Source of the DNA: Bdellovibrionota bacterium
GTDB lineage: Bacteria; Bdellovibrionota_C; UBA2361; JAAYZI01
DNA: 64,000 nt
Assembly: GCA_050950765.1 (NCBI GenBank)
Contig: JBMNIF010000002.1
Coordinates: forward strand, 704,001 to 768,000
Direction: 5' to 3'
Both the position numbers and the translations under genes were made by a program. Positions 30,372 through 39,315 of this stretch are shown one piece after another. Under the pieces are notes generated by a model. It searched no databases. It saw nothing but the letters and a program-made list of their open reading frames with translations, and was not told the DNA's origin. Position 1 is the stretch's first letter. Each line of letters begins with the position of its first letter.

Positions 30372-31407
30372 CGTGAATTACCGTAAGACACTGATAAAAA
30401 TCGTAACATTTTTAGGTGGAATTTATTTCTTTTTAGAGTTCGTTCTGCCTGAAAAGATAGGGGGTGTTTCAATAAACGTTTATCACGATCAGATTTCATT
30501 AGGATTCGTGGCTGTGGGGGTGATGGCACTGGGACTGGGCTTGATTAACCTTCTAGCAGTGCACGGTTCAAAGCTACTCTTTAAAAAGAAAGGGTGGCTT
30601 TATAGCGCCGCTTTATTAGGCGGACTCTTTTCAATGACAATTATTATGATTTTTGATTGGGCAAGAAGTGCTGAAAACGCTAGCTATACAGAGAAGGTGC
30701 TTAATCTACGTGATTTTACCAATGTTATCGTAAGTGATGCAGCTTCAAATAAAGAAGGTGTGCCGCCAAAAGAAGTTCGGACTGAGGCTTTAGTTGGCGC
30801 TGTAAAAGAGGTGCTGCTAGAAGTAGAGGCTTCACTGCTGCAAGTAGAGGACTTAAAACTTCACTCTGCTGAAGTTTATAAGAAGTCTCGTCCAACTGTT
30901 AAATCTACACGGGAAACGATCGTTGCAATTCATCATCTTTTGGAAGGTGCGCAAGATCGTAGCGATGTTTGGTATACGACTATGGCAACAACTCTTGGAG
31001 AATTGGCAGCGAGTTGGGGTGATCTCCTTAATATGGAGTATGAAGTTTCTGCACCTAAACAATGGTACAACCTGTTATATGAAGGACTCTTCTTTCCACT
31101 CGGTGCCGCCATGTTTTCTTTACTCGGTTTCTATATTGCAGCTGCTGCTTATCGAGCTTTTAGGGTGCGTTCTGCCGAATCTGCTTTAATGATGTTAGCT
31201 GCTGTAATCGTGATGCTCGGGCAGATCCCGTTCGGGATCTGGATTTGGGAAGAGTTGCCGGAGGTGCGCTCTTGGTTGCTAAGTGTTCCTAGTACGGCAG
31301 CATTTAGAGCTATTGAGATAGGAGCTTCTGTTGGTGGCTTAGTGATGGCATTTAGAATGTGGCTTTCTATTGAGTCTGAATCCTTTAGTAAGGGAAAGGA
31401 GAGGTAG
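30361..31407 (+). CDS. Uncharacterised polytopic membrane protein
   Basis: Three N-terminal TMs, a helical soluble insert, then MFSLLGFYIAAAAYRAFRVRSAES and GQIPFG. GTG start overlaps the upstream gene. Confidence 0.7.
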   Translation: MSCNVNYRKTLIKIVTFLGGIYFFLEFVLPEKIGGVSINVYHDQISLGFVAVGVMALGLGLINLLAVHGSKLLFKKKGWLYSAALLGGLFSMTIIMIFDWARSAENASYTEKVLNLRDFTNVIVSDAASNKEGVPPKEVRTEALVGAVKEVLLEVEASLLQVEDLKLHSAEVYKKSRPTVKSTRETIVAIHHLLEGAQDRSDVWYTTMATTLGELAASWGDLLNMEYEVSAPKQWYNLLYEGLFFPLGAAMFSLLGFYIAAAAYRAFRVRSAESALMMLAAVIVMLGQIPFGIWIWEELPEVRSWLLSVPSTAAFRAIEIGASVGGLVMAFRMWLSIESESFSKGKER

Positions 31408-31413
31408 AAGATC

Positions 31414-32274
31414 ATGTTACTGCAACGACGTCTCATATATATCTTTGTTTTGCTTGCACTCTCTCTACCTTTAATTTTTGAATACAGTAGTCCGCCTGCA
31501 CGTATGCCTGCGGCAGAGGCTGCTTTTAAAAGTGTGGAGGATTTAAAAGTTGCAACGGGAGAGATCGCTTTTGTAGCTCTTGATTTTGGACCATCAACAA
31601 AAGCTGAAAACGAATCACAGGCGTTAGTTTTAATTGAGCATTTAATGCGTAAAAGGATCCCGTTCGCCCTTTTTTCTTATTACTTTCAGGCAGAACCGTT
31701 TTTAACTTCTATCCCTGAACAGGTCGTAAATAAACTTGAAAAAGAGTATCCCGATCAGGTTTGGCGTTATGGTCATGATTGGGTCAATCTCGGATATCGA
31801 CCAGGTGCGGGAATGTTAATTCAAGCCATTCCGAAAAGTGAAAACTTGGTTCAGCTTTTTAAAAAGGATGCGCGTGGTAATAGCTTAGAACATATCCCTG
31901 CTTTTTCAAAAGTGCGCACAATTAAAGATATTAAGTTACTACTGGAGATCACAAGTTTAACCGGTGTTTTTGATGTTTATATACAGTATTTTCAAGCAGG
32001 AAAATATAAGCCTCCCTTTATTCATGGTGCTACCTCTATCAGTGTTCCAGGGGTTTTTATTTACCTAGATTCCGGTCAACTTAATGGACTTTTAGAGGGC
32101 ATCTCCGGAGCTGCTTGGTATTCGGAGCTACTTTCAAAAAAATATAAGGATAGAGCTGTTGATTCAGCGCAGGTGCTTAATACCTCCTTAGGAATTGCAC
32201 ATCTGGTGATAATCTTTTTAATTCTACTCGGCAACGTTGTTGCATTCGTTGAATTGTATAGGAGGCGTCAATGA
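31414..32274 (+). CDS. Uncharacterised membrane-anchored protein with an extracytoplasmic alpha/beta domain
   Basis: RRLIY + TM, DFGPSTKAE, YGHDWVNLGYRPG, SGQLNGLLEG..GAA.Y and a C-terminal TM (HLVIIFLILLGN). Confidence 0.7.
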   Translation: MLLQRRLIYIFVLLALSLPLIFEYSSPPARMPAAEAAFKSVEDLKVATGEIAFVALDFGPSTKAENESQALVLIEHLMRKRIPFALFSYYFQAEPFLTSIPEQVVNKLEKEYPDQVWRYGHDWVNLGYRPGAGMLIQAIPKSENLVQLFKKDARGNSLEHIPAFSKVRTIKDIKLLLEITSLTGVFDVYIQYFQAGKYKPPFIHGATSISVPGVFIYLDSGQLNGLLEGISGAAWYSELLSKKYKDRAVDSAQVLNTSLGIAHLVIIFLILLGNVVAFVELYRRRQ

Positions 32275-32987
32275 TTGCTGTCGATTATTGGAATGTGTTG
32301 GTGGTGATAGTGGCAGGTTTTGCCACCTTAGCTATCTTTAGCTTGCTGATTAAAGAAAATCCCGTTTATAGGTTTGTTGAACACCTTTATATCGGTATCG
32401 CTGCGGGGTTGGGGATTATTTTAAGTATTAAAACTTTTTTGTGGCGGCAACTATTACAGCCGATGCTGGGGCTTGATATTGTGCAGTATCCTGACGGAAC
32501 TTTTTCAAAAGAATATAATTCGTTGTTGCTGTTATATATATTACCGATGCTCTTTGGGCTTCTGTATTACTTTATCTATTCAAAAAAATATTCATGGTTA
32601 GCTAAAATAGTAATCGGTTTTTCTCTCGGTATGAGTGGTGGATTGGCGTTCAAAGGCTTTTTTAATAAAATTATGCCGCAAATCAGTAGTAGTTTTAAGC
32701 CGCTCGTGGTGCTAAAAGATGGCGCTTTAGATTATTGGCAGAGTTTAGAAAACTGCATCTTCGTTTTTACCCTTTTGATAGTGATGTATTATTTCTTTTT
32801 CTCTTTTAAACATCGTAAGTTGGGAAGGGGAGTTTCAATCTCAGGACGGTGGCTTTTAATGATCTGTTTTGGAGCTTTCTTCGGTTCTACGGTAATGGCA
32901 CGTTTATCGTTGTTAGTTGAACGTTTGCAATTTTTATTAGGACCGTGGGCTAGTGTTTTAAAAGATGCAGTCGGGGTGTGGTTCTAA
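32271..32987 (+). CDS. Uncharacterised polytopic membrane protein
   Basis: TLAIFS...ENPVYRFVEHLYIG and GRWLLMICFGAFFGSTVMARLSLL motifs, about 6 TMs. ATGA overlap with the upstream gene. Confidence 0.7.
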   Translation: MIAVDYWNVLVVIVAGFATLAIFSLLIKENPVYRFVEHLYIGIAAGLGIILSIKTFLWRQLLQPMLGLDIVQYPDGTFSKEYNSLLLLYILPMLFGLLYYFIYSKKYSWLAKIVIGFSLGMSGGLAFKGFFNKIMPQISSSFKPLVVLKDGALDYWQSLENCIFVFTLLIVMYYFFFSFKHRKLGRGVSISGRWLLMICFGAFFGSTVMARLSLLVERLQFLLGPWASVLKDAVGVWF

Positions 32988-33004
32988 AAAATTATTATTA
33001 AAAT

Positions 33005-34861
33005 ATGAAGACTAAAGCCGATGAAATAAAGGTAGTGTTAGTAACTGATTGTGGTTCTACCACTACAAAAGCACTTCTCTTTGAGGATATTGACGGAGTT
33101 TGGCAACAAACTTTTCGTGGTGAAGCTCCTACAACAGTAGAAGACCCCGTAGCGGATGTAACAGTTGGTGCAAGAAATGCTTTTAAGGAGATCGAAGAAT
33201 TAAGTGGTAGAAAAATTTTATCTGAGACTTCTTCTGATTCTCCTTTCCTTGAAAATAACGGTTATGGTGATGGCATAGACCTCTATCTTTCGACTAGCTC
33301 TGCTGGTGGGGGCTTGCAAATGATAGTGGCAGGTGTCGTGCAATACATGACGACAGAATCTGCAGAGAGGGCGGCTTTAGGTGCAGGCGCTATCGTGATG
33401 GATACTATATCGGCAGATGACGGACGTGAAGATCATGAAAAGATAGAGAAGATTCGTCATTTACGTCCTGATATTGTGCTTCTAACAGGTGGAGTTGATT
33501 CAGGATCAAAGGTACACGTTATTGAAACTGCTGAAATATTGAGAGCGGCACAGCCGCGCCCCCGTTTTGGAAAAACTTTAAAACTTCCCGTTATTTTTGC
33601 AGGTAATAAAGATGCAGCAGTAGAGGTTAAAGAGATCTTAGCTCAGATTGCCGATGTTTCATGCGTAGAAAATGTGCGTCCGACTTTGGAAATGGAGAAC
33701 TTAGCTCCTGCTCGCGCTGCTATTCATGAATATTTTTTATCGCATGTAATGAGTCATTCTCCAGGCTATGACAAATTATTGCGCTGGACTCCCGTTCCGA
33801 TTATGCCGACCCCTGCTGCAGTCGGAAATATGATTCAGAGCTACGCAGAAAGTGAAGACTTACAGGTGCTGTGCGTTGATATCGGTGGTGCTACAACTGA
33901 TGTTTTTAGCGTTTTTAAAGATCTAAGTGGTGTGCCTGTTTTTAATCGTACCGTTTCTGCCAATTTAGGGATGAGTTATTCGATAGCAAATGTTTTGATC
34001 GAGGCTGGCGGAAAAAATATCGGGCGGTGGTTGTGTTCTGAGGTGAGTGAAACAGAGATTCACGATCGTCTAAGAAATAAGATGATTCGTCCGACCACTA
34101 TTCCTCAAACGTTGGAGGATCTGTGGTTGGAGCAGGCAGTTTGTAGGGAAGCGTTACGACTTTCTTTGCGACATCATAGGTCTCTAGCAGTGGGGTTAAG
34201 TGGTTTAAAAAAACAGAAGGGGATCGCAGATATCTTTTTGCAACATGAAAACCGTTATGAATTAGTGAATATGATGAAGCTGGATCTGATAATAGGTTCA
34301 GGCGGAGTCTTAAGCCATGCTCCGAATCGGATGGAAGCTGCTCTGATGTTGCTGGATGGCTTTAAGCCGGAAGGGCTGACGGAGATAGCGGTTGATTCCA
34401 TCTTTATGATGCCGCATCTGGGAGTGTTTGCTACGTTACATCCGCAAGCAGCGCGAGAGATCTTTGTAAATAATTGTTTAGTGCGGATCTGTCATGCGGT
34501 TGTGCCGGTTTATTCAGGCAAGAGAGTAAAGGGTAGTTCTTTAGCACGAATTTTTTGGAACTCCGAGCCGGTAGCTGAAGTAAAAGTTGGAGAGGTGACG
34601 TGCCTTACTATGAATCAAGAAAAAGGGGTATTGCGGATTGAGCCTTTTGATAGGCGTGTTGATGTAGGAAGTGGTACGGGAAAAATTTTAGAAAGAGAGA
34701 TTACACTTAATCCTCATGGATTACTTCTTGATGGTAGAAATCGTCCGTTAATAATGCCTGAAGATCCTGCGGAAGCGTTAAGATTTGAGCAAGATATCTA
34801 CCGAAATCTCGGACTTCTTAAAGGGGATCTTCCTGAAGAATTAGTAACAGAGGAGGTTTGA
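33005..34861 (+). CDS. Glutamate mutase L (GlmL/MutL)-like ASKHA-fold ATPase
   Basis: Phosphate-1 TDCGSTTTK, SSAGGGL, AGN, phosphate-2 VDIGGATTDVFS, RTVSANLGM and GSGGVL motifs. Confidence 0.8.
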   Translation: MKTKADEIKVVLVTDCGSTTTKALLFEDIDGVWQQTFRGEAPTTVEDPVADVTVGARNAFKEIEELSGRKILSETSSDSPFLENNGYGDGIDLYLSTSSAGGGLQMIVAGVVQYMTTESAERAALGAGAIVMDTISADDGREDHEKIEKIRHLRPDIVLLTGGVDSGSKVHVIETAEILRAAQPRPRFGKTLKLPVIFAGNKDAAVEVKEILAQIADVSCVENVRPTLEMENLAPARAAIHEYFLSHVMSHSPGYDKLLRWTPVPIMPTPAAVGNMIQSYAESEDLQVLCVDIGGATTDVFSVFKDLSGVPVFNRTVSANLGMSYSIANVLIEAGGKNIGRWLCSEVSETEIHDRLRNKMIRPTTIPQTLEDLWLEQAVCREALRLSLRHHRSLAVGLSGLKKQKGIADIFLQHENRYELVNMMKLDLIIGSGGVLSHAPNRMEAALMLLDGFKPEGLTEIAVDSIFMMPHLGVFATLHPQAAREIFVNNCLVRICHAVVPVYSGKRVKGSSLARIFWNSEPVAEVKVGEVTCLTMNQEKGVLRIEPFDRRVDVGSGTGKILEREITLNPHGLLLDGRNRPLIMPEDPAEALRFEQDIYRNLGLLKGDLPEELVTEEV

Positions 34862-34862
34862 A

Positions 34863-35987
34863 ATGACACGAGCGTTTGCTCCTGGTTTGCAGATAAAGAG
34901 AAAAACAGTTGTCAGACGGTTGCGTGAATTGCCTGTAACGGGCGAGGTCTTGGTTGAAGTAGGACAATATGTAGAAGCAGATCAAGTTGTGGCACGTGCT
35001 TCTTTAGAAGGTGAGCTTTTTATTTTTAGAATTGCTGAACAACTTGGCATTGAAACGTTTGAAGTTGTTAATGGTCTTAAGGTTGCAGAAGGTGAAAAGA
35101 TTAAGAAGGGACAACTTATCTGTGAACATCGAGGACTTTTCGGATTGTTTAACAGTAGATACTTTGCACCAGAAGATGGTGTTGTAGAGTTTATCTCTAA
35201 GCGGACTGGACATCTCGGTGTGCGTGCGCCTAGCGAGATGTTGGATATTGAGGCGTATATTTCAGGGAGTGTGGTGGAGGTAGATGTAGGAAAATCTGTT
35301 TTGATAGAAACAGAAGCCTCCTTTATTCAAGGTATTTTCGGAGTTGGTGGAGAAAGACGGGGTGTTCTGAAATGTTTGTCCGTTCCGTTAGATCATGAAT
35401 TAACAGATCTTGATATTCCTGATGATTGCGCAGGAAGTGTGCTTGTTGGTGGCACCAAACCGCAGATCTCAGCCATTACTAAAGCAGCAGAACTTGGAGC
35501 TTGTGGTATCGTTACAGGCTCTATCGATGATCAAACTTTAAAAGCTTATTTAGGATACGATCTCGGCATTGCATTAACGGGAGATGAGCAGGTTCCTTTA
35601 ACGTTAATAGTAACGGAAGGTTTTGGTTTTATTCCGTTAGCTAAGCGCATTATGGAGATGTGCCGAGAGTTAGAAGGTAGTGCTGTTTCAATAAACGGAG
35701 CAACACAGGTTCGGGCGGGTGCTATGCGACCGGAGATAATTATACCGCGTGCAGGTAATGTTTGTAATTTTGAAGATCTTGATAGTCAGGATCTGGAGAA
35801 GGGGCTTACAGAGGGGGCGCGGGTGCGTTTGTTGCGAGTACCGTATTTTGGAAAACTTGCCACAGTTTTGGAGTTGCCGCAACAGAAGGAGAGGATTGAA
35901 ACGGGTGCTTATGCCCGTGTTTTAAGGGTAAAGATCGACCACGCTAGTGTGGTGACGATACCGCGAGCTAATGTAGAGTTGCTTTAG
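34863..35987 (+). CDS. Conserved hypothetical protein with barrel-sandwich-hybrid-like motifs and a KOW-like C-terminus
   Basis: GEVLVEVGQYV, VAEGEKIKKGQ, APEDGVV, IQGIFGVGGE, TEGFG, NGATQVRAG..RPE and GARVRLLRVPYFG motifs. Starts 2 bp after the GlmL-like stop. Confidence 0.7.
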   Translation: MTRAFAPGLQIKRKTVVRRLRELPVTGEVLVEVGQYVEADQVVARASLEGELFIFRIAEQLGIETFEVVNGLKVAEGEKIKKGQLICEHRGLFGLFNSRYFAPEDGVVEFISKRTGHLGVRAPSEMLDIEAYISGSVVEVDVGKSVLIETEASFIQGIFGVGGERRGVLKCLSVPLDHELTDLDIPDDCAGSVLVGGTKPQISAITKAAELGACGIVTGSIDDQTLKAYLGYDLGIALTGDEQVPLTLIVTEGFGFIPLAKRIMEMCRELEGSAVSINGATQVRAGAMRPEIIIPRAGNVCNFEDLDSQDLEKGLTEGARVRLLRVPYFGKLATVLELPQQKERIETGAYARVLRVKIDHASVVTIPRANVELL

Positions 35988-36127
35988 TTTTTTAGTGTGC
36001 ACCTGCATATTTTTCTGAATGAATGGTGAATTGTGCAAGTAGTCGTTCTCAAGGCGATCGACTATTAACAAATATCTTTTTTCATGGTAGAGATACTTTA
36101 AAATATTACTTATTTTATGAGGGAATA

Positions 36128-37153
36128 ATGAATTTAACGGACTCAAAATACAATCAGTTTAATTTAGTCAAAGAGATGTTGGAAGTTTGTGATATTATTG
36201 CAAACTTTAATTTTGAACAAACTGCACAAGTTGCGGCTGAAATAGCAAGTGTTGGTAAACTTATCTTGACAGGGGAGGGGTCGAGTCGCATTTTTCCTGC
36301 AAAAAGTGCGATTTATAAAGCATTAAAAAAAGCTCTTGATGTTACCATCATAACGGACGGCAGCTATCAAGCTATGGAGTATGATTTAAGTAAGTACGTT
36401 GTCTTTGGTGCTAGTAATAGTGGTCAAACAAAAGAATTGATCACCCTCTTTTCTGCTTTAGTGGAGAAAGGGCACAACAGACGTTATGGTTTGACTTCAC
36501 ATCACGATTCAAAGTTGGAAACTGTTTCAAATAAGTGCTTTGTGCTCTCTTGCGGATCTGAAAATGCGGTTGCTGCAACAAAGAGTGTCTTTGAACAAGC
36601 TCTTTTCTATCACAGTTTGCTTTTTAGTGGCTCTCATTGTGATGCAAAGTGTAATAATATGCTTAAAAATAGAGAAGCAGCAGTGGCTGCTGCTAGAGCT
36701 GTTTTGACGATGCAGATAGATCCTGAAATTATTTCTGCTTTGGCTGAAGCTCCGATGGTATATTTTGCAGGTAGGAATGATGGTGTTGCTGAAGAGCTCA
36801 CCCTTAAAAATAATGAAATAACCCGTAAAAAGAGTGATTTTCTTGAAGGAACCTATGCGCTGCACGGCGTAGAAGAGGTTATGCGTAAGGGAGAGGCTGT
36901 AATCTTTGTTAATCCGTTTCCGACAGAGTATCAGAAGATGAAAGAGATCTTTGAAGATGCAGTGGGGGCTAAGGTTATTGTAATCTCTACTGAAGATACG
37001 CCATTTGCAACAATTAAAATTCCTCAAGTGGAAGGGTATCAACACTTCTTACAACTTTTAGCTGGATGGAATATCTTGGTTGATGTTGGTGTAGCAACAG
37101 ATATCAACTTGGATAAACCACAACGTGCCAGAAAGGTTGGTAATGCTATGTAA
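36128..37153 (+). CDS. SIS-domain amino-sugar-phosphate isomerase/deaminase (GlmS isomerase domain only)
   Basis: GEGSS, SNSGQTKE, VAATKS, ELTLKNNE, HG and the C-terminal NLDKPQRARKV parallel the GlmS C-domain. No glutaminase domain. ATG 36128 follows GAGGG. Confidence 0.75.
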   Translation: MNLTDSKYNQFNLVKEMLEVCDIIANFNFEQTAQVAAEIASVGKLILTGEGSSRIFPAKSAIYKALKKALDVTIITDGSYQAMEYDLSKYVVFGASNSGQTKELITLFSALVEKGHNRRYGLTSHHDSKLETVSNKCFVLSCGSENAVAATKSVFEQALFYHSLLFSGSHCDAKCNNMLKNREAAVAAARAVLTMQIDPEIISALAEAPMVYFAGRNDGVAEELTLKNNEITRKKSDFLEGTYALHGVEEVMRKGEAVIFVNPFPTEYQKMKEIFEDAVGAKVIVISTEDTPFATIKIPQVEGYQHFLQLLAGWNILVDVGVATDINLDKPQRARKVGNAM

Positions 37154-37186
37154 ATGTTGTGCAATTACCGTTTAGTGGTTGTTTTT

Positions 37187-37218
37187 AGCGGTGTTTTTTC
37201 AGCACCGCTCTTGTTTTA
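37187..37218 (+). terminator. Intrinsic terminator
   Basis: AGCGGTG/CACCGCT stem followed by CTTGTTTT. Confidence 0.6.
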
Positions 37219-37485
37219 AGTAAAAGTTATTAAAATTTGCTAGGGATCGTTTTTAGGTTTAAAATACCTCTGTTCTCGTAATAGCTTCATTTTAGTCCGT
37301 TCTTTTTTAGTAGAGGTGGTTGGTAGTCAAGAAAAAAAGTTTGTTTCTTCTTAAAAGTAAAGTTATCTCTTTTTAGTAGAGATTGAAAAACTTTTGAGAA
37401 GGAACAGCTGTGTAACGGTTGTTTCTTGTTTTAACGGTTTCTTTACAGAGAGAATAAAACATACAAAACGAAAGAGAGGCTTATT

Positions 37486-38301
37486 ATGGCGATCTATCGT
37501 AAGAGATCTTCCGACGGTACTGTTCTTCGAACGTCGCAGATCTCAAAATTTTTCCCTAACTGGCAAGGGGAAGAAGAGGCTTGGCTTTTCATTGCTCCAC
37601 ATGACGATGATATCGTTCTTGGAGCAGGAAAAACTTTGTTGGCGGCTCTTGAAGAAGGAGTCGATGTTCACTGCGCTATTACAACTGATGGCGCAATGGG
37701 GTATTGCTCTCTGGAGGTGCGGGATACCATTTCCGAAGTTCGTGAAAAAGAGTGCTTTAACTCTTTTAGGGAGCTGGGGGTGGAAGATAAAAATATCTAT
37801 TTCCTGCACTTCCCAGATTGCAACTTGGTTCCGTTTCAAGGACGTTTCCGTGACGTAACAGGACACCCTTCCGAGATTGCGGGAGCAGGAGGTTTGCAGA
37901 ACGCTTATACGCATCTTCTGCGAAAAGTGCGACCGACCCGTGTTTTTATCCCGACGAGTACGGATTTACACCCTGATCATAGGATCGTAAACAGTGAGGT
38001 GCAGATCTCTCTCTTCCATGCAGAAGGTGGTATCTGGCCGGAGCTTGGAGCTGCTACAAACGTTCCGTCTCTTTATGAATACGCTACCTATTGCGACTTT
38101 CCAGAGGCTCCGCAATTGTGTATCGAGATTCCCGCCGAGATTTTGGAGAAGAAGTGGCGTGCTTTACGGTGTTATGAGAGTCAAACTCAGATTGAAAGTC
38201 TGATTGAATCTCAGAAGCAAAGTGGCTCTCTTGAATATATTCGAGAGGTGCCTTTTAACCTCTATTCGCCGCAACAATACGCTCCCCTGTTTAAGTCATA
38301 A
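37486..38301 (+). CDS. PIG-L/LmbE family N-acetyl-sugar deacetylase
   Basis: APHDDD, TDG, R..E, HPDH and K..AL.CYESQ motifs. GAGAGG RBS. Confidence 0.85.
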   Translation: MAIYRKRSSDGTVLRTSQISKFFPNWQGEEEAWLFIAPHDDDIVLGAGKTLLAALEEGVDVHCAITTDGAMGYCSLEVRDTISEVREKECFNSFRELGVEDKNIYFLHFPDCNLVPFQGRFRDVTGHPSEIAGAGGLQNAYTHLLRKVRPTRVFIPTSTDLHPDHRIVNSEVQISLFHAEGGIWPELGAATNVPSLYEYATYCDFPEAPQLCIEIPAEILEKKWRALRCYESQTQIESLIESQKQSGSLEYIREVPFNLYSPQQYAPLFKS

Positions 38302-38337
38302 CGTTACAGCTATGGCAAATACTGTTTTTTTAAAAGT

Positions 38338-38369
38338 AGGGGCTTATAGTTTTTTAATTATAAGCCCCT
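38338..38369. terminator. 11-bp stem hairpin (terminator or mRNA-stabilising)
   Basis: AGGGGCTTATA pairs with TATAAGCCCCT. No strong U-tract follows. Confidence 0.5.
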
Positions 38370-38504
38370 GCTTAGACACGGCTTTTCCTTTTTCCATTTC
38401 GCGTTGCCTAAACTTCCTTTATTGAGGTTCATTTCCCTGTTGTGATTTTTTCCTGTTTCAGTAAGATCTGTATGTATCAAAAAATCGGGAAATAAGGATT
38501 AAAT

Positions 38505-39305
38505 ATGAATAAGGTAAATACTGTCACAGAGCATAAAAGAGGCTTTTTAATTGATATGGATGGGGTAATTTATCGTGGATCGACGATGATTCCAGGTGCA
38601 GATGTCTTTATTAATACCTTAAAGGAAAAAAATATCCCCTTTCTCTTTTTAACTAATAACAGTCGTTCGACCAGAAGAGATCTAGCAAATCGCTTAAATG
38701 AGTTGGGTATTAAGGTTTCAGAGCAACATATCTTTACTAGTGCTATGGCCACAGCGCAGTTTCTTGCAAAACAGAAGCCGAACGGAACAGCATATTTAAT
38801 CGGAGAAGGTGGTTTAATTTTAGCTCTACATGAAAACGGTTACAGCATCGTTGATAGAAATCCGGATTACGTGGTGGTAGGCGAGGGCAGAACTTTAACT
38901 TTAGAGATAGTAGAGAAGGCGATAGATTTTATTATCGACGGATCAAAGTTAATTGCTACCAATATGGATCCAGCACCACAGTCAAAGGGTTGGATGAAGC
39001 CTGGTGTCGGAGCTATTACGGCGATGCTTGAGGAAGCAACGCATAAGAAGGCGTTTTGTGTCGGAAAGCCAAGCCCGATTATGTTACGAGCGGCAAGAAA
39101 GAGGTTAGGGTTGCAGACTGCTGAAACAGTAATGATTGGTGACACCATGTCTACTGATATTTTAGGTGGTGTCCAGATGGGGTGCACAACGGTGCTGGTC
39201 TTAAGTGGTATTACTTCACGTGCTGATATGGCGAACTATGCTTATAGACCTGATATCGTCGTTGACTCCATCGCCGATCCGGAAATTATGGCTATGGTTG
39301 AGTAG
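38505..39305 (+). CDS. nagD: HAD-IIA phosphatase, NagD-like
   Basis: DMDGV, LTNNS, ATN.D, GKP and IGDTMSTDILGG motifs. Confidence 0.82.
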   Translation: MNKVNTVTEHKRGFLIDMDGVIYRGSTMIPGADVFINTLKEKNIPFLFLTNNSRSTRRDLANRLNELGIKVSEQHIFTSAMATAQFLAKQKPNGTAYLIGEGGLILALHENGYSIVDRNPDYVVVGEGRTLTLEIVEKAIDFIIDGSKLIATNMDPAPQSKGWMKPGVGAITAMLEEATHKKAFCVGKPSPIMLRAARKRLGLQTAETVMIGDTMSTDILGGVQMGCTTVLVLSGITSRADMANYAYRPDIVVDSIADPEIMAMVE

Positions 39306-39315
39306 TAATCTTGAT

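Noticed and set aside
33005..34861. Calling this a glutamate fermentation locus or DNA-repair MutL
   Set aside because: No mutase subunits or methylaspartase genes are nearby. The motifs are ASKHA-type, not the GHKL ATPase of mismatch-repair MutL.
36023..36127. 35-aa N-terminal extension of the SIS protein given in the ORF track
   Set aside because: ATG 36128 has an RBS-like GAGGG and the SIS-like sequence begins there. The extension is not a glutaminase remnant that I can recognise.
37394..37858. 154-aa ORF overlapping the deacetylase start
   Set aside because: It is out of frame with the motif-bearing PIG-L ORF, which has its own RBS.
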